DNA of 50,847 nucleotides from a virus (taxonomy: Duplodnaviria > Caudoviricetes). The stretch covers positions 1 through 50,847 of IMG/VR virus record IMGVR_UViG_3300035678_000003; one strand, given 5' to 3'. Below the pieces are notes generated by a model that was not told the DNA's origin, made no database searches, and saw only the letters and a program-made list of their open reading frames with translations. Positions within the stretch are counted from its first letter, which is position 1. Every line of letters begins with the position of its first letter. Below are positions 25,558 to 34,538 of the stretch, in pieces. The position numbers and the translations under genes are program-made.

Positions 25558-26102
25558 GGCTTGACCAGCTTAGCTTCACGCTCGGCGAACACGGTGCGGG
25601 CCCGCTCCACTGCGGTGCCCCACGTGCTGCTCATATCCTGCGCGGACTGCGCTGCCTCGCAGGCCCAGACCAAATTCTGCAGGGGCGGGTCAACCAGTTC
25701 GTGGGTGGCGGTGTTCTCCTGCCCGGTGATCAGCTTCAGCAGGTTGAACACGACCGACTTGCCCTCGCAGATGTCGGCCGGGCTGTAGCCCAGGAACGCG
25801 AATGCGGAGCCGAACAGGCAGCGCGGGCATTCGGTTTCGGCCTCGGGGTCGAAATACACGCAGGTCTCGTTGCGGCCGACCAAGTCGCGGTACGGCTGGT
25901 TGTCGACCATGTCGAAGCTGAAGCGGTGTTCCAGCGGGTAGACGTAGTCAGCCCCCTGGGTCTCGACCGCGCGGTCTAGCGCGGCGAACATGGACTCGGG
26001 GGTGATCTTGGCGCGGAAACGGTGCGGGGTCGGCGAGTGCAGGGAGTCGACGTGGTGGTACGAGCTCTGGGGCTCGTTGCAGGTGCGACAAAGGATCGGC
26101 AT
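25554..26102 (-). CDS. hypothetical protein
   Basis: GGAGG RBS on minus strand; YVY...CVY...CLFG motif. Confidence 0.75.
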   Translation of the reverse strand: MPILCRTCNEPQSSYHHVDSLHSPTPHRFRAKITPESMFAALDRAVETQGADYVYPLEHRFSFDMVDNQPYRDLVGRNETCVYFDPEAETECPRCLFGSAFAFLGYSPADICEGKSVVFNLLKLITGQENTATHELVDPPLQNLVWACEAAQSAQDMSSTWGTAVERARTVFAEREAKLVKP

Positions 26103-26138
26103 CGGGACCTCCGGGGTAGGAGCGGGTGGAAAGACCAG

Positions 26139-26176
26139 TTTACCACGGTGGTAAAGTCACCACAACATGATACAAT
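26139..26176. promoter_or_regulatory. divergent promoter with 17-bp operator
   Basis: TTTACCACGGTGGTAAA; TAAACT on minus strand, TGATACAAT on plus strand. Confidence 0.75.
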
Positions 26177-26234
26177 CCGCACGGATTTACCGACCGTGCC
26201 GGATCGCACGCGACCTCTCTACCGAGGAGCCCTC

Positions 26235-26573
26235 ATGGCTGCAGCTGTCATCCCCGTGACGAACATCGACCGCAGCGGCGGGGCTCCCCCGGCCGAGGTC
26301 GCGATGGATGTGGCAAACGGGAACGTCCTGCCGAACAACAACGGCCAGATGTGGGTCGAGGTGACGAACTCGACTGGTTCCACCAAGACGCTCACGGTTC
26401 AGCAGCCGAACAAGCAGGATGGCGTGAGCTCGCCGGGCAAGGTCTACTCGCTGGCCACCACGGTCAAGCGCCGGATCGGCCCGTTCCCCGTCGGCACCTA
26501 CGGCACGGACGTCCTGTTCAACGCCGAAGCCGCTTCCACGATGACGATCATGGGCTACCAGGTCGGTGCTTGA
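26235..26573 (+). CDS. putative virion protein (beta-rich)
   Basis: GAGGAG RBS; Thr/Gly/Val-rich. Confidence 0.7.
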   Translation: MAAAVIPVTNIDRSGGAPPAEVAMDVANGNVLPNNNGQMWVEVTNSTGSTKTLTVQQPNKQDGVSSPGKVYSLATTVKRRIGPFPVGTYGTDVLFNAEAASTMTIMGYQVGA

Positions 26574-28093
26574 TGGCGGCCCCGACCAGCGCGGATTCGG
26601 CTGCCGCGAGTAACGGCACCAAGAAGAAGCGGTACGTCCGCACGCAGCAGGGCTCGGCGCGGTACCGTGTGCCAGTCGGGGCCGAGATCGGCAGCGCGCG
26701 GAACAAGGACGCGGAGGGCATCCAGAAGGATAAGGGTGCGCGGGACAACTACTCGGCCCTGGTTGGTGGCGACCCGAAGGCGCGACAGGAGGCGCTGTCG
26801 AAGATGAGCACGGCCGACCTGGACAAGCTCGCCGATATCGCGTTCTCGTTCAAGTCCAGCAACCCGCAGGTAGTGGCGCTGCGGATCGCGGCGCGCAACG
26901 AACAGAGCAAGCGCGGCAACAAAATCAAGCCGGGCCAGACCACCTCGTCCGGCGGCTCGGGCTACGCGGCCAAGCAGGCGAGCATCAACTACAGCAGCAC
27001 GGCCCCGAAGGCGTTCACGAACAACGGCCCGTCGGAGCGGCTGGTCGAGTTGGTCCGGGCCCGCCGGAAGGCGGCCGTCAACCCGGACTTATCCCACTTG
27101 CGCGCGATCGTGCAGAACATCGACAAGGCCGCGCCGGAGACCAAGCAGGCAATCGCGGAGCACGCCGTTGCCTTGGCCCAGACCCTCGGGGCTGAGCACG
27201 TGCTGTCGGACCGGGTGATCGAGCTGACGGGGAAGTGGAAGCACGGGTTCATCCCGGTAGACGCCGAGGCCGTGCGCGTGAAGATGAAGGGTGGAAAAGG
27301 CAAGCAGTGGTGGTCGGCGGGTGGTGGTCGCCCAAAAGGCAGCCCTAAGGGTTCGGGTGGGGGTGGCAAGCAGCGTACCACCGTGGTAAACTCGGGGTCC
27401 CCCGCAAAAGGAGCTCCCGTGACACACCCGAAGGTCAGCGACGCGCAGACCACCCAGCACTACGCCGACATGCGCGCGGACAGCAAGTACGGACGGATGT
27501 CGCTCAAGCAGAAAGACGACTACGTCACCGCGCGGGGCAACGGCAAGTCGCACAGCGAGGCGATGAGCGGGGTGTTTAGCAATGAAAAGGGGCATTTCGT
27601 CGCTCCTGCTACCAAGCGGGCCCCGCGTCCGCCTACCACGCTCAAGGAGAAGGACGCAGCTTGGGCGAAGAAGTACCCCGCGTCGGCTGGCAAGAAGCTG
27701 GTCGACCCGAACAAGCTGCCGAAGCGCGAGGGGTTCAACCTGATCACGGGCAAGGTCGAGGCCGGTCCGGCGATCTCGATCACGAAGGCCAAGTCGCCGT
27801 ACAAAGCGAAGGTCAACGCGAAGCGTACGCCGGACCGCAAGTCGGCTGATGACCGCCTGAACAGCTTCCAGCGCACCCCGACCGGGATGAATGAGAAGCC
27901 CAAGCCGGGTGCCGGACAGACGCCGACGGGCTCGCACGAGTCGCCGAATGTGCTGGCCGCGAACTACGTCAAGATGCACGGTGACGCCGGGGCCAAGCGC
28001 AAGATCGCGCAGCTGGAGTTGCTCCAGAAGAAGGGCCGTCTGACCGGGAATGGCCCGGACCTGCTCACCGCGCTGAAGGCGGCTGTCAGGTGA
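26573..28093 (+). CDS. Lys-rich putative head-associated/internal virion protein
   Basis: RYVRT..G...Y.VP.G and WKHGFIP motifs; very basic. Confidence 0.65.
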   Translation: MAAPTSADSAAASNGTKKKRYVRTQQGSARYRVPVGAEIGSARNKDAEGIQKDKGARDNYSALVGGDPKARQEALSKMSTADLDKLADIAFSFKSSNPQVVALRIAARNEQSKRGNKIKPGQTTSSGGSGYAAKQASINYSSTAPKAFTNNGPSERLVELVRARRKAAVNPDLSHLRAIVQNIDKAAPETKQAIAEHAVALAQTLGAEHVLSDRVIELTGKWKHGFIPVDAEAVRVKMKGGKGKQWWSAGGGRPKGSPKGSGGGGKQRTTVVNSGSPAKGAPVTHPKVSDAQTTQHYADMRADSKYGRMSLKQKDDYVTARGNGKSHSEAMSGVFSNEKGHFVAPATKRAPRPPTTLKEKDAAWAKKYPASAGKKLVDPNKLPKREGFNLITGKVEAGPAISITKAKSPYKAKVNAKRTPDRKSADDRLNSFQRTPTGMNEKPKPGAGQTPTGSHESPNVLAANYVKMHGDAGAKRKIAQLELLQKKGRLTGNGPDLLTALKAAVR

Positions 28094-28428
28094 GCAGGCT
28101 CGACATCCAGCAGGGAGCAGACTTCGCCGTCGCGTGGGACATCTTCGCGCCGGACGGGGTCACGCCCCTAAATATCAGCGGGTGGTCGGCTCGGGCCCAG
28201 GCGCGGGCAACGACCGAGTCGACCACCGCGCTGTACAACTGGAGCAACGTGCTGGGGAACCTGGTGCCCGAGGCCGGGTCCCTGACCCTGAGTGTGACTG
28301 CGGCCCAAAGTAGCGCCTGGGCCTGGCAGCGCGCAGTGTTCGACGTAGAGTTGATTGACCTGTTGGGGAAGGTAGCGTCGGTCGACCGGGGGTTCATCAT
28401 TGTCATTCCCGAGGTAACGAGGAGCTAG
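28090..28428 (+). CDS. putative virion Ig-like (BppU N-terminal-like) protein
   Basis: I.QGADF...P..ISGW.ARAQ.R...FDVEL...PEVTR pattern. Confidence 0.7.
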   Translation: MSRLDIQQGADFAVAWDIFAPDGVTPLNISGWSARAQARATTESTTALYNWSNVLGNLVPEAGSLTLSVTAAQSSAWAWQRAVFDVELIDLLGKVASVDRGFIIVIPEVTRS

Positions 28429-28430
28429 CC

Positions 28431-28910
28431 ATGGCGGCAATCACCGACCCGTTCGTCTTCAACATCGCCAAAGGGTGGATCGGCTACTACGCCAGCCTGC
28501 CCGCCGCGAACGACGCGCTGATGGTAGCGCTGCTCAAGTCGTCAGGTCTCGAGACGTTCGAGACGCTGGCGGACTACGACAGCCTCTCGCTCCTGCTCGC
28601 CGGAACCAGCGACGAGGCGACCTTCACGAACTACGCACGCAAGACGCTCGGGTCGATCACCTCGGTCGTGGACGACACGTCGCCGAACAACTGGCGCACG
28701 CTGGACGCGGCCGACTTCACCTACGCCACTGCGGGTGGCGCAGATAACACGGCAGTCGGCGCGCTGGTGATCTACTACAACCCGGACACCACGGCGGGGG
28801 CAAACGACGCATCCTGCATCCCGCTGTTCGGGTACGGCTACGCGTTCACGCCGGATGGCACCGACTTCACGGTCGTCCTCAACGCGGCGGGGTTCGGTAG
28901 GGCCCAGTAA
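28431..28910 (+). CDS. putative virion structural protein
   Basis: AGGAG RBS; EATFTNYARKTL, TPDG.DF motifs. Confidence 0.7.
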   Translation: MAAITDPFVFNIAKGWIGYYASLPAANDALMVALLKSSGLETFETLADYDSLSLLLAGTSDEATFTNYARKTLGSITSVVDDTSPNNWRTLDAADFTYATAGGADNTAVGALVIYYNPDTTAGANDASCIPLFGYGYAFTPDGTDFTVVLNAAGFGRAQ

Positions 28911-30346
28911 TGGCAGCGGTTGCGGATGCGGCAACCGACCGCGTCAGCCGCGCGAGTATGGGAACGTTGACCGGGCTCACCGTTTGTGTGTGGGCCCGGA
29001 TCAACGCCGTGCACGCGGGCAACCTGTTCCACCCGATCATGCGGATTGCGGCGGCATCCGGCTCGGCGATGATCCTCGGATTTAAGGGGACCAACGGCCG
29101 GACGCCCTCGCTGTATTCCGGCTCCTCGACCACGGGCATCTCCGGCGCTGAGCAAGCGCTTAGTACCGACGTATTCATCGCATGCACGATGAACGCGGGC
29201 CCGGCGGCGATCTTCTATGGCAACACCCCCGGCGGGCCGCTCACCAAGGTTACGGGAACTGTCAACACCACCGGTACGCCGGACACGATCACACTATTCA
29301 GCCGCGCCCCCGCCGACGGAACGGAGTGGCTGGAGGGCGTGCTATCGCACGTGCGGGTGTGGTCCGGCACGCTGCTCACGGATGCGGAGATCGCGGCCGA
29401 AAGTGGGTCCGGCACGGCCGTCAAAGCGGGGGCGTGGTCCGCCTGGGAGATGGTCGGGGCCTCGCTGCTGGACTCGTCGGCGAACGCGCGGCACCTGACC
29501 GCCGGAACCACGGCTCTCGCCAGCGCGGCGGACCCGATCGGCCGCAGTCTGGCGCTCGGGTTCGCGACCGAGACGGATGCGGCTCTCGCCCCCGGACGCA
29601 CCCGCAGGCGGACGCTCTCGATCGCGGCGGAGACGGACACCGCACTGGCCGCCGGACGGGTGCGGCTGCGCGCCCTGGGCCTGGCGACCGAGATCGACGG
29701 CGCGCTGGCACCGGGACACCGCAAGGCGCGAACCCTGGGCATCGCGGCCGAGACCGATACAGCGCTCGCCCCGACTCGCACGCGGGCACGGACGCTCGGG
29801 CTGGCCAGCGAAACCGACATGGGGTTGACCCCGACCCACAGGCGGTCCCGCACGCTGGCGGTAGCGGTAGAAACGGCCGCCGCCCTGGCAAGTACGCGGG
29901 TCCGCTCGCGCGTGCTGGGGCTCGCGGCGGAAGCCAGCCAGGCGCTGGCACCGGGGAGGGTCCGGGCGAGGCTGCTCGGTTTGGCGACGGAGCTGTCGCA
30001 GGCGCTGGCCGCGACGCATCGACGCGCGCTCACGCTGGGGCGAGCGACCGAAACGGACCTGGCACTCTCGCCGGGCACTGGTCGGCAGCAGGCGCTGGGG
30101 CTCGCCGTGGAGACGTCGCTCGCCCTGCTCCCCGGCCACCGGAGGGCACGGGGGCTGCAGGTCGGGGTCGAGTGGGGCCAGGCGCTCGCGATGGTGCGGG
30201 AGGAAGGCCCGTGGCCGCCGGAGTCCCCCGGACCACGCCCCGTTCCGCCGCTGGCCGTTGGCGCACCCGGTACGCGGGTGGTCGTCGCCAGCGGGCCACG
30301 CGAGACGTTGGCGTTCGTTGTCGGCACGCCGCGCGTGCTTCACTAA
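28910..30346 (+). CDS. LamG/lectin-like domain plus 20-aa tandem repeats; putative fibre
   Basis: LSHVRVWSGTLLTDAEIAA LamG-like end; about 11 repeats. Confidence 0.7.
   Translation: MAAVADAATDRVSRASMGTLTGLTVCVWARINAVHAGNLFHPIMRIAAASGSAMILGFKGTNGRTPSLYSGSSTTGISGAEQALSTDVFIACTMNAGPAAIFYGNTPGGPLTKVTGTVNTTGTPDTITLFSRAPADGTEWLEGVLSHVRVWSGTLLTDAEIAAESGSGTAVKAGAWSAWEMVGASLLDSSANARHLTAGTTALASAADPIGRSLALGFATETDAALAPGRTRRRTLSIAAETDTALAAGRVRLRALGLATEIDGALAPGHRKARTLGIAAETDTALAPTRTRARTLGLASETDMGLTPTHRRSRTLAVAVETAAALASTRVRSRVLGLAAEASQALAPGRVRARLLGLATELSQALAATHRRALTLGRATETDLALSPGTGRQQALGLAVETSLALLPGHRRARGLQVGVEWGQALAMVREEGPWPPESPGPRPVPPLAVGAPGTRVVVASGPRETLAFVVGTPRVLH
29549..30208 (+). repeat. about 11 x 60-nt (20-aa) degenerate coding tandem repeat
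   Basis: R.LG.A.ETD.ALAP.R.R. units. Confidence 0.9.
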
Positions 30347-30347
30347 G

Positions 30348-30389
30348 GTTTCGGCCCGAGCCTCTTCCCCGACTGGCTCGGGCCGAAAC
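30348..30389 (+). terminator. 15-bp perfect hairpin
   Basis: GTTTCGGCCCGAGCC / GGCTCGGGCCGAAAC right after a stop codon. Confidence 0.75.
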
Positions 30390-30418
30390 TTGTGCGAGGT
30401 TTACCAAGCTGGTAAAGT
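30390..30418 (+). promoter_or_regulatory. promoter with operator
   Basis: TTGTGC-17bp-TAAAGT; TTACCAAGCTGGTAA at 30401..30415. Confidence 0.8.
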
Positions 30419-30426
30419 AGGCACTT

Positions 30427-30508
30427 CGAGCGGGGCCCACCCCGGCGGTAACGCAGCCGGGGCACCCCAGCCGAGTCGGTAACGCGGACTCGGGCCCGGC
30501 CCCGCTCG
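30427..30508 (+). ncRNA. candidate three-way-junction leader RNA with twin GGUAACGCR loops
   Basis: 11-bp closing stem and two 7-bp hairpins with near-identical 9-nt loops. Confidence 0.55.
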
Positions 30509-30535
30509 TCCTGCCGATCAACCAGAGGAGCCCCG

Positions 30536-30904
30536 ATGCCGACCTTCTCCCACACCCGCCGTCCGTTCAGTGGTTGCAACGATGACGAGCTCGCCGTGGT
30601 CATCCGTTCGCTGTCCGGCATGGGAGACACCCCGAACGCGCTGGACGCGGCGATGCGGGAAAGCGAGCTGCGGATCGTCGCCAAGGCGCTGCCCGGCATC
30701 GACGAGCGCGAAGAGCGCATCCTGTTCGCACTGGCGCTGCGCAAGACCCGCGAGGTCCGGCAGGCGAGCGACAAGACGGGCTTCGAGGCCAAAAAGGCGT
30801 CCGCTATCGCGAAGATGGCCGAGGACGAGCTGCGCGAGACCTACGGGCTCGAGATCGACTGGACCGACTGCTCGGTCGAGCCCGTGCAGGAGCTGCAGGG
30901 ATGA
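30536..30904 (+). CDS. hypothetical protein
   Basis: GAGGAG RBS. Confidence 0.8.
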   Translation: MPTFSHTRRPFSGCNDDELAVVIRSLSGMGDTPNALDAAMRESELRIVAKALPGIDEREERILFALALRKTREVRQASDKTGFEAKKASAIAKMAEDELRETYGLEIDWTDCSVEPVQELQG

Positions 30905-30987
30905 GCGAAGCGGATCTCACCCTCGTGTACGCGCTGGCAGCCCTGGGGCTGGTCATCTGGGCCTGTTTGGTAGCGCGACCCAAATAA
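30901..30987 (+). CDS. 28-aa membrane peptide
   Basis: ATGA overlap; hydrophobic. Confidence 0.5.
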   Translation: MSEADLTLVYALAALGLVIWACLVARPK

Positions 30988-30990
30988 AAC

Positions 30991-31019
30991 TTGCGTCGTG
31001 TTTACCTTCATGGTAAAGT
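30991..31019 (+). promoter_or_regulatory. promoter with operator
   Basis: TTGCGT-17bp-TAAAGT; TTACCTTCATGGTAA at 31002..31016; A-rich upstream element. Confidence 0.8.
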
Positions 31020-31057
31020 AGTCCTCACACCGCTTCCCCTGCCTGAAGGAGCCCCCG

Positions 31058-31459
31058 ATGCCGAACACCACCCCGACCCGCAAGCCGCTCACCGACGCCA
31101 CCTGGGCCGACCACGGCACGGTCCAGGGCAACTCGCAGATCGCGTGGCCCGCGCTGTCGGACCTGGAGCACCAGCTTGCCGAGGCGCGCGGCTGGGACAT
31201 CGAGATTGCCCGTGCGCTCATGTACTCGGTCAACACCCTGATGCCGATCGTGCTCACCTGGGACACGCAGCTGAACGGCGCGTACGGCGAGCCGGGCCGG
31301 ATCGAGCGCACCACGACCACCGTGATCGTTAACTACGTCACGAACCCACACAAGGACTCGCCTGCCATCCGCATCCGACACTGCGGCTTCGGCCACGAGG
31401 TACGCATGGAGCGCATCGTGTCCGCCAAGGTGCCCGAGACCACCGTCGAATACATCTGA
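31058..31459 (+). CDS. hypothetical protein
   Basis: AAGGAG RBS. Confidence 0.8.
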   Translation: MPNTTPTRKPLTDATWADHGTVQGNSQIAWPALSDLEHQLAEARGWDIEIARALMYSVNTLMPIVLTWDTQLNGAYGEPGRIERTTTTVIVNYVTNPHKDSPAIRIRHCGFGHEVRMERIVSAKVPETTVEYI

Positions 31460-31504
31460 GAGGAGGTGGCACCTGGACTGACCAACAACTAAATTGATCT
31501 CCCC

Positions 31505-31538
31505 CGATGGCCCGTCTGGTCGCTCAGACGGGCCATCG
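31505..31538 (+). terminator. 14-bp perfect hairpin
   Basis: CGATGGCCCGTCTG / CAGACGGGCCATCG. Confidence 0.65.
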
Positions 31539-31710
31539 TCATGTGGCGTGGGCTAGGAGAGGGGAAGGGGTAATTCTTTTTGAAAGCGCTTCCTTGATTC
31601 ATCGAGTCTTGATTGATCCCTCCGTCGTCACCGCGCGTAGACAGCGGCGGGTTGGTCCGGGCCTCGCAGAGGTGTCGCGCGGGGCTCGTCGTCACTCCTC
31701 GTTGCGCAAG

Positions 31711-31766
31711 CTGATGAGTTTATAGCAAGCCCACCCCCGGTACATGTCCTGCTATAAACTCATCAG
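31711..31766. repeat. 19-bp inverted repeat with 18-bp core (element B, paralog of element A)
   Basis: CTGATGAGTTTATAGCAAG - CCCACCCCCGGTACATGT - CCTGCTATAAACTCATCAG. Confidence 0.95.
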
Positions 31767-31920
31767 GCTGCTACGCGGAGTAGTCGCGGGTCGAGTGTTA
31801 CGGGGAGTAGCTGCGGGGCTGTAGCACACCTCGCGAGCTGCGCGCAAGTTCGGGAAAGGCGGGTTCCTGGTATGATGGCGCTCGGAACTTCGGTCCGGAC
31901 CCCGAACGGAAGCGCACCCC

Positions 31921-33063
31921 ATGACCACAGACAAGCAGATCCTCACGCCCTCCGCCGTCAGCGAGGCCATCGAGCTGAGCACCGGTGGACGCTGGCGTAA
32001 GCAGATTTTGCCGCTGCGTTCGATCGAGTACAAGGGCCGGACGCTCGACTTCAACCGCCAGTACCTGACCGGGCTGCGCGACTCGTTCAAGCGACGCGCG
32101 TTCGATCAGGTGCCCGTGCAGATCGCCGACTCGAAGAACAAGCACAACAACGACCCGCGCAACTTCGGCGGCGACCTGGTCGACGTGGAATTGGCGTCTG
32201 ACGGGTTGTACGGAATCTTCGAGCCCAGCCCCGGCGGCCGGGCCATCCTGGAGACGAACCCCAAGATCGGTGTTTCCGCCCGGATCTTGGAGGGCTACAC
32301 TCGCTCCGACGGCAAGCAGTTCCCCAAGGCGCTGCAGCACGTGCTGCTCACGGTCGACCCCCATATCGCGGGCATGAAGCCGTGGGAGAAGGTCGAGCTG
32401 TCCAGCGAACTCGAAGCGGCCGACACCCTGGATCTGTCGGACACGGAATACGAACAGGAGACCGGAATGGTTGTCAAGAAGGCCGCGCCCAAGGCGGAAG
32501 ACAAGACCACGGACGGCGAGCCGATCACGCTGTCGGCCGAGGAGTACGCGACGTTCCAGGAGATGGCCAAGCAGCACGCGGCCGTCCTGGAGTTCACCGC
32601 GAATCTCGACCCGGCGGACGTCGAGGACGACCCGGACGACGAGGAAGACGCGGAGGACACCGAAGACGGCGAGGACAAGGCCCCGACCGTCGACCCGAAC
32701 GTCACGCTCACCCTGGACGCGCAGTCGGCCCAGATCCTGGAGCTGACGAACCGCCTTCGCGAGAAGGACATCCAGCGCGAACTCGATGACCTCGCGGACA
32801 CCGGGCTCGCCCCCTCGATCATCGAGGCTGCTCGGCCGCTGCTGTCGGTCGGCGAGGGCACGATCGAGCTGTCGAACGGCGAGGACCTCGACCTGGGGGA
32901 GGCGACGCGCTCGCTGCTCAAGACGATCACGGAGCTCGCCAACAACGGCGAGGCCCTGGTCAACTTCGACGCGGAGGTGGGGCTTTCGGCTGAGTCCGAC
33001 CCGCAGCAGGCCGCACGAACCGCGATGCTGGACGCGTGGGAAGCCGTTTCCCCGACCGACTAA
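31921..33063 (+). CDS. capsid maturation protease/scaffold (Mu I-like)
   Basis: Upstream of capsid genes; H..DP, GVSARI, LQHVLLTVDPHIAGM; acidic scaffold-like C-terminus. Confidence 0.8.
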   Translation: MTTDKQILTPSAVSEAIELSTGGRWRKQILPLRSIEYKGRTLDFNRQYLTGLRDSFKRRAFDQVPVQIADSKNKHNNDPRNFGGDLVDVELASDGLYGIFEPSPGGRAILETNPKIGVSARILEGYTRSDGKQFPKALQHVLLTVDPHIAGMKPWEKVELSSELEAADTLDLSDTEYEQETGMVVKKAAPKAEDKTTDGEPITLSAEEYATFQEMAKQHAAVLEFTANLDPADVEDDPDDEEDAEDTEDGEDKAPTVDPNVTLTLDAQSAQILELTNRLREKDIQRELDDLADTGLAPSIIEAARPLLSVGEGTIELSNGEDLDLGEATRSLLKTITELANNGEALVNFDAEVGLSAESDPQQAARTAMLDAWEAVSPTD

Positions 33064-33104
33064 GTCCGGGCGACCGGTCAACCCGCTAGAAAGGAAAAGC
33101 CGTC

Positions 33105-33536
33105 ATGGCAGCAGTCGTTCCTTACAACACCCTCGGCCCGGACACCTACGACGCGAACGTCCTCATTCCTGGGGCCGTGCTCGTCGAGCCGGACGCGACC
33201 ACGGGCAAGGTGAAGGTCGCAACGGCCGCCACCGTGAAGTGCCTCGGCGTCGCGCTCTACTCGGCCGCGCCGCAGGGCTCGATCCAGGGCGCAACCGCGT
33301 ACGGCGAGGTTGTGATCGACATGTCGACCCTGCAGACCGAACTCGCGGTCGGCTGGCAGGGTACGTACAAGCTCAAGGCTACTGGCGCGATTGCGTTCGG
33401 TGACCCGGTCATCTGCGCCGCAAACGGCACGGTGGCGAGTGCCGCCGCTCCCGCTGCGGGCACCCAGGTGGGTCGGTGCGTCGAACCGCTCGGTATCGCG
33501 GGTGGCGCAATCGGCCTGATCCGGCTCTCGCTCTAA
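33105..33536 (+). CDS. capsid decoration/cement protein
   Basis: Ala/Gly-rich 143 aa between scaffold and MCP; ATGAIAFGDPV. Confidence 0.75.
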   Translation: MAAVVPYNTLGPDTYDANVLIPGAVLVEPDATTGKVKVATAATVKCLGVALYSAAPQGSIQGATAYGEVVIDMSTLQTELAVGWQGTYKLKATGAIAFGDPVICAANGTVASAAAPAAGTQVGRCVEPLGIAGGAIGLIRLSL

Positions 33537-33573
33537 GGGCGTCCGGGAAACTCGATAGGAAAGGGAAACTCGG

Positions 33574-34497
33574 ATGGCAACCGTTCCGGTTACGTACAGC
33601 AACCAGGGCCCCCGGATCACCGTCAACGCGATGATCAAGGACCCCCTGCTCATCCGTCAGCGCATGCTGCGCATGTCGGACAAGCAGTTCATCATGGAGG
33701 CCCTGCTCCGCAACGCGGGGTCGGCCGAGAGCGGCGTGATCCAGTACGAGGAGAGCGCGCCGCAGTTCCTCGACGACGACATGGCCGTCGTCGCGGAAGG
33801 TGCCGAGATCCCCCTTGGCACCGGGTCCGAGGGTCTGTGGAAGGCAGCCGCGACGATCAAGATCGCTCGCGGTATCGTCATCACGCAGGAGGCTCGTGAC
33901 CGGAACCGCTTCGACCTGGTTCAGAAGCGCATGAACCAGGTTCGCAACACCATGGTCCGCGCCTGGGAACGTCGGCTCTTCGCGATGCTCTCGACCCACC
34001 CGGACATCCCGACCGTCTCGACGGCCGGGGACGCGTGGACCGGTGCGGTGCCGCTGATCCGCAAGGACATCATCCTGGCAAAGAAGCAGGTCGGGCAGGC
34101 CGTCGCGCCGTCCACAGGCAACGCGGACGACTTCCTCGGATTCAACGCGGACACCCTGGTCGTGTCGGAGAACGTCGCCTACACGATGACCCTGGACCCC
34201 GCGTTCGTCGACATCTACAAGTCGAGCCCGATCATCACGAAGAGCCCGATCTACACCGGGCAGCTTGAAAACGAAGTCGAAGGTCTCACGATCATGACTT
34301 CGCGCTTCCTCCCGGACACGTTCGCGTACGTCATGGAACGGAAGACGATCGGCGGCTACGCGGACGAGCGTCCGCTGTTCATCTCCCCGACCAAGCGGGA
34401 CGACGACCGCGAGATCTGGCGCTCGAACGTCGTGCGCCGGACCGGGATGTTCCTCGACGAGCCGCTGGCTTGCGCGAAGATCGCCATCACCGTCTAA
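33574..34497 (+). CDS. major capsid protein
   Basis: VAEGAEIP motif, ~307 aa, position. Confidence 0.88.
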   Translation: MATVPVTYSNQGPRITVNAMIKDPLLIRQRMLRMSDKQFIMEALLRNAGSAESGVIQYEESAPQFLDDDMAVVAEGAEIPLGTGSEGLWKAAATIKIARGIVITQEARDRNRFDLVQKRMNQVRNTMVRAWERRLFAMLSTHPDIPTVSTAGDAWTGAVPLIRKDIILAKKQVGQAVAPSTGNADDFLGFNADTLVVSENVAYTMTLDPAFVDIYKSSPIITKSPIYTGQLENEVEGLTIMTSRFLPDTFAYVMERKTIGGYADERPLFISPTKRDDDREIWRSNVVRRTGMFLDEPLACAKIAITV

Positions 34498-34538
34498 TCG
34501 GGTACGCTGGGGTCCCCCTCCCGAGGAAAGGTAGTGGA

